IMG/VR virus record: IMGVR_UViG_3300034101_003866
Location: 64,001 to 128,000 of that record
Length of the DNA stretch: 64,000 nt
Source of the DNA: a virus
Direction: 5' to 3' (one strand)
Shown here in pieces: positions 58,686-64,000 of this stretch. The notes under the pieces were generated by a model. It worked only from the letters and a program-made list of their open reading frames with translations. It made no database searches and was not told where the DNA came from. The translations under genes were made by a program, and so were the position numbers. Positions within the stretch are counted from its first letter, which is position 1; every line of letters begins with the position of its first letter.

Positions 58686-61600
58686 TTAGGTTCTCATTGG
58701 GCGATTATTGGCTGCAGTGTTTAGATTACCTTCAAATTGTGATCTGTCATATTTTGCCATAGTGTTTTGACTAGTTTGACTACCAGCTAATTGTCCTGCT
58801 TGTGCTGCACTACTTACTATTCTATCTCCTTCTTTTCCTAATCCTGTAAAATCAACAACTTGTCGCCCAGTAACTTCTGCTGTTAATGATGTTGGTATTT
58901 GACTAGCAGTCTCTGACCAAGTATTTGCTGAACTAGCAATTGTTTGTGAAGCACTAGCGAATGTTTGGCCGAAATTATTTAATGTTTCAGTACTACTTTG
59001 CATCATTTGACTATATGTTTCCATTCCTGATTGGAGTGCGGTGCTTAGTTGGTTCATGGCCTGTCCTACTGCAGCACTAATACTAGACGATATATCATTA
59101 GATACACCACTACTACCACTACTACCGCCACTACCTCCACTAACTAGTCCAGCTGCAGCATAATATTTGGGTGCAACTATTCCACCATTGGCCAAATAGT
59201 TAACAATTCCACCTCTATTGAAATGGCCACTATTTATAGCATTAAGTAGAGGCATATGCTGCTGACTAGATTCTCTGTTAACAACAAATTCTCCAGGAGT
59301 TAGCATGGCTGGTACAGTATCTGTTCCCTGAGATAGATAAGGTATTAATGCTCCATTATTAGCATATACTATACCACCCTTATTAAATTTTTGTATTCCT
59401 AATTTATGTAATTTTTCAATAATTTCTGGCGTAACTTCATCGGCTGGGATATTATATATTTCCGTTGATTTAGCTCTAAGACTTGGACCTCTAACATGGA
59501 TTCCTCCTTGTGAATCAAACTCATAAACAGGTTTACCAGTATCTTCTACCTGGGCGTGGGCTTTGGTTTCAAACTTTTCTAATGATCTCTTACCAGTTTT
59601 AGGATCAATAATAGCACCTTCAAAACCACTATAGTTGACATATTTATTATCAACACTCGTGGTTGATCTACCTGTTCCGACTCCTCTAGACTGTTTATAA
59701 GAATTACTCAATCTACCATAAGCTTCAGCTGATTCTATGAGATCTGCTGGCGCATTTCGCATAGATCCATATGTTCTAAATTGATTTGGTATGCCAGCTT
59801 CTACAGCACTTTTCCATAAAGGATCACTCTCATCATAATAAGATTGTCCCAAACCAGTCTTTTCTATTTCAAAAACTCTCTTACCTTCATCTATTTGTGC
59901 TTGATAAAGCATAGTGTTTCTAGTCTTTAATAATTTATCAATTTCTTCTTTTTTACTAACTCCTTTTTTAAGTCCAAACCAACTATCTGGCTTTTCTTGA
60001 GATCTTAGAGATGCTATTTGAGCATCAAGTTGTGCTAGTTGTTTATTTGCAGTAAGAGATGCTGGGGTCTTAGCTTGGTTGACTCCTGCTATAAAATCAT
60101 CAAACGTAGCTTTGGATGCTGCTAATCTCGCTTCACGTTCTGCTATTCCTCTTTTTGTAATTGGAGTGTCTAGTAGGTCTGCTTTCATTGGATTATAAAG
60201 ACCAGGGCCTTGTTTGTGTTTTCCTGTTCTCCTAACACCCGGAATAACCATTTGAGCATTCTCACTCCCGGCTATCGGGCGCTCCTTTGATACTTTCGGA
60301 TCATATGTTCTAAGACCATCAGGAAATTGCCTGGCCTCTTTTACATCACGAATTAGTTTTAGATCAAAATCGTTATACCCTTTATCAAATTTCGCATATA
60401 ATTGTGTCATCAGATCATCAGAATTTAATCCGGAGTCTACTAGATACCTGGTTACATCATCGTATAGTGAGCTGTACGAAAGGTGGCTTGGACCTTTGGT
60501 TGTATTTTTATCTATATATCTTGTAAAAAAACTATCTAAAGTTTCTTGCGCTTTAGTGTCTAAATTACTATTTTTAATAATACCTCGCATAGCAAATGCG
60601 CTCTCTTCTGCATTACTGGAGAAAGGCTTCATCCTAGCCTCTCTGGCTGCTTGCATTTGAGCTTTTTGACCAGATGTCATGCTCTCAAGCTCAGCTTTTT
60701 GCATTTTTGCCAAGCTTTGTCTTTCAGCCTGTCTGCTTGATCTAACAGAAGCTCTACTTTGTTCTCTTAATTCCGCTTTACTGGGTGCTTTTTTAGTTGA
60801 TTGTGTTGCTGTTGCGGTTGATGCTGTTGACTTCGCTTTGGTTCCAGCGGGCGCCAAATCAGCAAAAGAAGATTGTGCAAATGGTACGACTTGTCCTTTT
60901 ACTTTTTTGGTTTTCCAAACCGATAATAAACGATCTGGAGACGGACGAACAATTGTACCATCTTTTAATCTAATACCATTTTTTAATATCGTATCATATT
61001 GAGATAGTGAATCTGGATCGCTAGCCAATTCAACTATTTTATTTAATCTTGCTTGTAGTTCAGCTGATCCTCCTAAATCAGGATGTGTAAACTTATTATA
61101 TTTTCTTACTAGATCACGAACCCCTTGCGAAGTTAATGGTGTTCCTGGTTGAACTCCTAGTATATCATATACTGATGATTCTGATGAAGATAATTTGGAT
61201 AAAAATTCTTCTTTACTCATTTCTTTAGCACTATCAATAGCACTTGATGCTTTTCCTGCTTTTGATGGAGTTGTGGACGATTTAGCGTCCGCTTTTGCTG
61301 CCGCCGCATCAACTTTCGCTCTATCTGCTGCTTCTTGTTGTACTTTAGCAGCGTCTTTTGCTCTCGTTTTGGCAGCAGCATCGTCTTGCATTTTAGCAGC
61401 ATCGGCTTTTGCTTTTGCAGCAGCGTCTGCTTTAACTTTTGCAGAAGCGTCTGCATCTGCTCTGGCTTTATTAACCGATTCAGCTTGTGTCTTAGATGAA
61501 TCAAGTTTAGCTTTGGCGTCTGCATCTGCCTTAGTTGTGGTTCTTAAACTATCGTCTACCGATCCGCTTCCTGGGGTGGCATCAGGAACTTGACCCTTTC

Positions 61601-63998
61601 TTGGCTGAACATAGACAGTGGATGGTCTTTGTGGTGCAGCATTTACTGTTGGATCGTACCCTAGTGCTTGCTGAGTTTGTCCTGGTCTTGGCTTAACATA
61701 AATAGTTCCTTGTTTTGCATTCTTAACTGACGCGGCTGATGCTGCTGTATTTGTTGGGGCGTATTTTGTTGTTGGATTAACTCTTGGCTTAGCCCAATCT
61801 GGAACAATACCCTTAACCCCCAACACATCACCCATTTGAGTAGCAACATCTTGAACACCTTCAACGAAATTATCCACTCCTGCTCTAACGGCACGACCAG
61901 CAGACCTAAACGGAGCAGCCGCTGTGCTTGTTGCTCTGGGGAACGCACCAGAAATGTACGAACCCATTTCTCTAACATCTCCAGCAGCCTGAGCGGCTCC
62001 TCCTACAACATTATCCACGGTTGCTCCCACACTTCTAGCAAATCTACCAGCCCCAGGTAATCTTCCGACAGTATTTCCTGCTGCTCTTCTTGCTATTCCA
62101 GCGCCAGAAGAAACGACTCTTCCAGCAGCACCACCAATCCTACCGGCGGCATTAAATACCGCTCCTTCAGCATTAATTAATGCTCCTGCGCCTTGAGAGG
62201 CTGCATATCCAGTAGTTTGCGCAAATGCTGTACCGAAGCCTAAATAACTATCCATACCACCAGCTAGTTGCACATTTCTAGCATCATTGCGTTGTAATGC
62301 AGTTTGCTCACCGGTTTGTATCGGTCCCATACCAGCAACAGCTTGCCCAGCTTCAACAAAACCCATTGCTCCAGCACCCATAGCATTAACACCAACTTCA
62401 GCAGCCGCTCTTGTTGCTGCAGAATAAGCTCCTGGTTGATTATTTAGTCTTTCACTGTTTGCTGTAGCTGCTCTTGCTCTTATAACAGCAGCATCTTGAG
62501 CAGCCGCTATCTCTTGAGGCGATGGCATTGGTCTGCCATTAGCTCTAGCCTCATCATACATATTTTCTGCTGTTCTATTTCTTAAATTATTCTCATCCCC
62601 AATTTTAAAGGCTGTATCATCTCCAGACATAGCATATCCAATACCTCCAACAATAGGAGATGCAACTGTTGCAACTGCTCCGGCAGTTATATTTGCTGCC
62701 CCATAAAGAGCGTCTCCAATACCCTGAGTTACTCCTCCAACATATCCTGCTGCTGCTATAGCAGGATTACTGCTATTTATATATAATGATGCTTGTCTAT
62801 CTTCTTCAGCTTTTTGTTGTTGTGCTCTAACCTTTTCTGCCGCACTAACTTGTTGAGCCCCCTCAAATTGCGCTATCGCTTCACTATTAGCTTGATCCTG
62901 TAATAATTGTTCGGTTGTTGGAACAACATAATTTTCAAGTTTTTCCATATATGGTTTTGGCATATATTTTCTTTGTTCAGTCCTGTACTGTTCTCTTTGA
63001 TCTTCTTTAACCTTTCCTTCACTAAGAAGTTGATTAAATTTATTGTCTATTTTACCTGTTTGTTCATCTAATTTAGCTTGATTTCTTTCATTGATTACTT
63101 GTTGTCTTCTTCCTTTTTTATATTTTTCTCTTTCTTCTGGATCATCTTCCATTGCATAAGTATTAGGATCTTTGCCTGATCTAGACGCTTCTAACTTCTG
63201 GTTAAATTCAACATCAAATGCTTGTTCTTGAGCTGCTATTTGTGCTCTTTTTTCTATTCCTATTTTTGTGCTAGTAATAGCACTATCTGCTTCTCTCTTT
63301 TTCTTCGTGTCGCTTGAAGTTGTAGCCGTTTGAATTGAAGAAGATAATCCTGGACTAGCAGTTATTCTATAAACATTTTGTGTTTCTGCTTTTGCTCGTA
63401 TGTTTGGATCATTACTATATTCATATGGATCTGTAGCGCCAACAGATTGATAAGAATTTATTTGACTATTCGGCTTAAACAACTGATTTGGATACTTTAT
63501 CATTGTCTCAGTCGCTAGTACATTTGATGGTGAACCAAGAGGAAAGTCAAACCAATCTCTGCGTGAACTTTCTCTATCTCTAACTGTTTTCTGAGACTCA
63601 AACCTTGGAGTATTAGGATCGCTTCCATATGTATAATTTCTTCCAGCAACATAATCTCCAGGTAATGACACCCTAGGACTTGGAACCATTGGACCATTAT
63701 TCACACCTAATCTTCCATCCTCATTTTTAATTTCTGGTGTTCTCAAATTAACAGAAGTATTAGTCTGGGTTGCTTGTTGAGTTTGCTGGGCCTCATAAGC
63801 TCTATTATCTGCTATGCGTCTAGTTAAACCAAGTAAAGGATCTCTTGTTTTATATTTTGGATCATTTGGATCTGGCTTTTGTAAAGGCTTATTGGTAGTA
63901 TATTGTTGTGTAAATCCTGATTCGATTACAGCATTTTGCTCGGCAGCCTGTTGCTCATTGCTTGGTCTTGAGTAGCCTTCATTTATTCTGGAGGCCAT
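58686..63998 (-). CDS. tape-measure-like protein, probably 5'-truncated by the window
   Basis: Ala/Gly/Gln-rich helical protein with GGIV...GTDTVPAMLTPGEFVVN, a motif typical of tape-measure C-terminal regions. The frame is open at the window edge. Confidence 0.72.
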   Translation of the reverse strand: MASRINEGYSRPSNEQQAAEQNAVIESGFTQQYTTNKPLQKPDPNDPKYKTRDPLLGLTRRIADNRAYEAQQTQQATQTNTSVNLRTPEIKNEDGRLGVNNGPMVPSPRVSLPGDYVAGRNYTYGSDPNTPRFESQKTVRDRESSRRDWFDFPLGSPSNVLATETMIKYPNQLFKPNSQINSYQSVGATDPYEYSNDPNIRAKAETQNVYRITASPGLSSSIQTATTSSDTKKKREADSAITSTKIGIEKRAQIAAQEQAFDVEFNQKLEASRSGKDPNTYAMEDDPEEREKYKKGRRQQVINERNQAKLDEQTGKIDNKFNQLLSEGKVKEDQREQYRTEQRKYMPKPYMEKLENYVVPTTEQLLQDQANSEAIAQFEGAQQVSAAEKVRAQQQKAEEDRQASLYINSSNPAIAAAGYVGGVTQGIGDALYGAANITAGAVATVASPIVGGIGYAMSGDDTAFKIGDENNLRNRTAENMYDEARANGRPMPSPQEIAAAQDAAVIRARAATANSERLNNQPGAYSAATRAAAEVGVNAMGAGAMGFVEAGQAVAGMGPIQTGEQTALQRNDARNVQLAGGMDSYLGFGTAFAQTTGYAASQGAGALINAEGAVFNAAGRIGGAAGRVVSSGAGIARRAAGNTVGRLPGAGRFARSVGATVDNVVGGAAQAAGDVREMGSYISGAFPRATSTAAAPFRSAGRAVRAGVDNFVEGVQDVATQMGDVLGVKGIVPDWAKPRVNPTTKYAPTNTAASAASVKNAKQGTIYVKPRPGQTQQALGYDPTVNAAPQRPSTVYVQPRKGQVPDATPGSGSVDDSLRTTTKADADAKAKLDSSKTQAESVNKARADADASAKVKADAAAKAKADAAKMQDDAAAKTRAKDAAKVQQEAADRAKVDAAAAKADAKSSTTPSKAGKASSAIDSAKEMSKEEFLSKLSSSESSVYDILGVQPGTPLTSQGVRDLVRKYNKFTHPDLGGSAELQARLNKIVELASDPDSLSQYDTILKNGIRLKDGTIVRPSPDRLLSVWKTKKVKGQVVPFAQSSFADLAPAGTKAKSTASTATATQSTKKAPSKAELREQSRASVRSSRQAERQSLAKMQKAELESMTSGQKAQMQAAREARMKPFSSNAEESAFAMRGIIKNSNLDTKAQETLDSFFTRYIDKNTTKGPSHLSYSSLYDDVTRYLVDSGLNSDDLMTQLYAKFDKGYNDFDLKLIRDVKEARQFPDGLRTYDPKVSKERPIAGSENAQMVIPGVRRTGKHKQGPGLYNPMKADLLDTPITKRGIAEREARLAASKATFDDFIAGVNQAKTPASLTANKQLAQLDAQIASLRSQEKPDSWFGLKKGVSKKEEIDKLLKTRNTMLYQAQIDEGKRVFEIEKTGLGQSYYDESDPLWKSAVEAGIPNQFRTYGSMRNAPADLIESAEAYGRLSNSYKQSRGVGTGRSTTSVDNKYVNYSGFEGAIIDPKTGKRSLEKFETKAHAQVEDTGKPVYEFDSQGGIHVRGPSLRAKSTEIYNIPADEVTPEIIEKLHKLGIQKFNKGGIVYANNGALIPYLSQGTDTVPAMLTPGEFVVNRESSQQHMPLLNAINSGHFNRGGIVNYLANGGIVAPKYYAAAGLVSGGSGGSSGSSGVSNDISSSISAAVGQAMNQLSTALQSGMETYSQMMQSSTETLNNFGQTFASASQTIASSANTWSETASQIPTSLTAEVTGRQVVDFTGLGKEGDRIVSSAAQAGQLAGSQTSQNTMAKYDRSQFEGNLNTAANNRPMRT

Positions 63999-64000
63999 TG

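Noticed and set aside
60679-62060. Overlapping short ORFs within the tape-measure-like gene
   Set aside because: They are alternate-frame or antisense products of Ala/Lys-rich low-complexity coding, with no SD or recognisable motifs.
1-64000. Stop-codon reassignment, as in some large phages
   Set aside because: Genes tile the window densely under the standard code, including multi-kb ORFs, and TAA, TGA and TAG all end genes at sensible positions.
1-64000. tRNA, rRNA or other structured RNA genes
   Set aside because: Intergenic gaps are all under about 70 nt and contain only SDs, promoter-like motifs or terminator hairpins. No cloverleaf was recognised.

Overview
AT-rich, gene-dense segment of a large tailed dsDNA bacteriophage genome in two convergent blocks (standard genetic code; no rRNA, tRNA or CRISPR array seen). 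The + strand block (1-22.8 kb) encodes replication and recombination functions: RecA, DnaB, primase, dNMP kinase, a Cas4-like nuclease, a DnaE-type polymerase spread over three genes, a DEDDh exonuclease, SSB, a probable single-strand annealing protein and four free-standing endonucleases. It also carries a translationally coupled glycosyltransferase-like cluster. The - strand block (22.9-64 kb) encodes very large virion/tail proteins and the 3' part of a tape-measure-like gene. The best-supported unusual system is the fractured dnaE. Part 1 ends in a 90-aa N-intein and part 2 begins with a 36-aa C-intein, a natural split intein inserted in the GRG|SAAG motif. A TnsA-like PD-(D/E)XK endonuclease gene lies between the halves, and part 3 is a separate intein-less subunit. 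Other notable signals: circularly permuted FGE/C-type-lectin-fold domains in three virion proteins; a Cys-rich ~125-aa repeat present in at least 10 copies; a J-domain and a possible ADP-ribosyltransferase inside the tape-measure-like protein; and a recurrent GGTGTA promoter-like motif. All family assignments come from motif recognition by eye, not from database searches.
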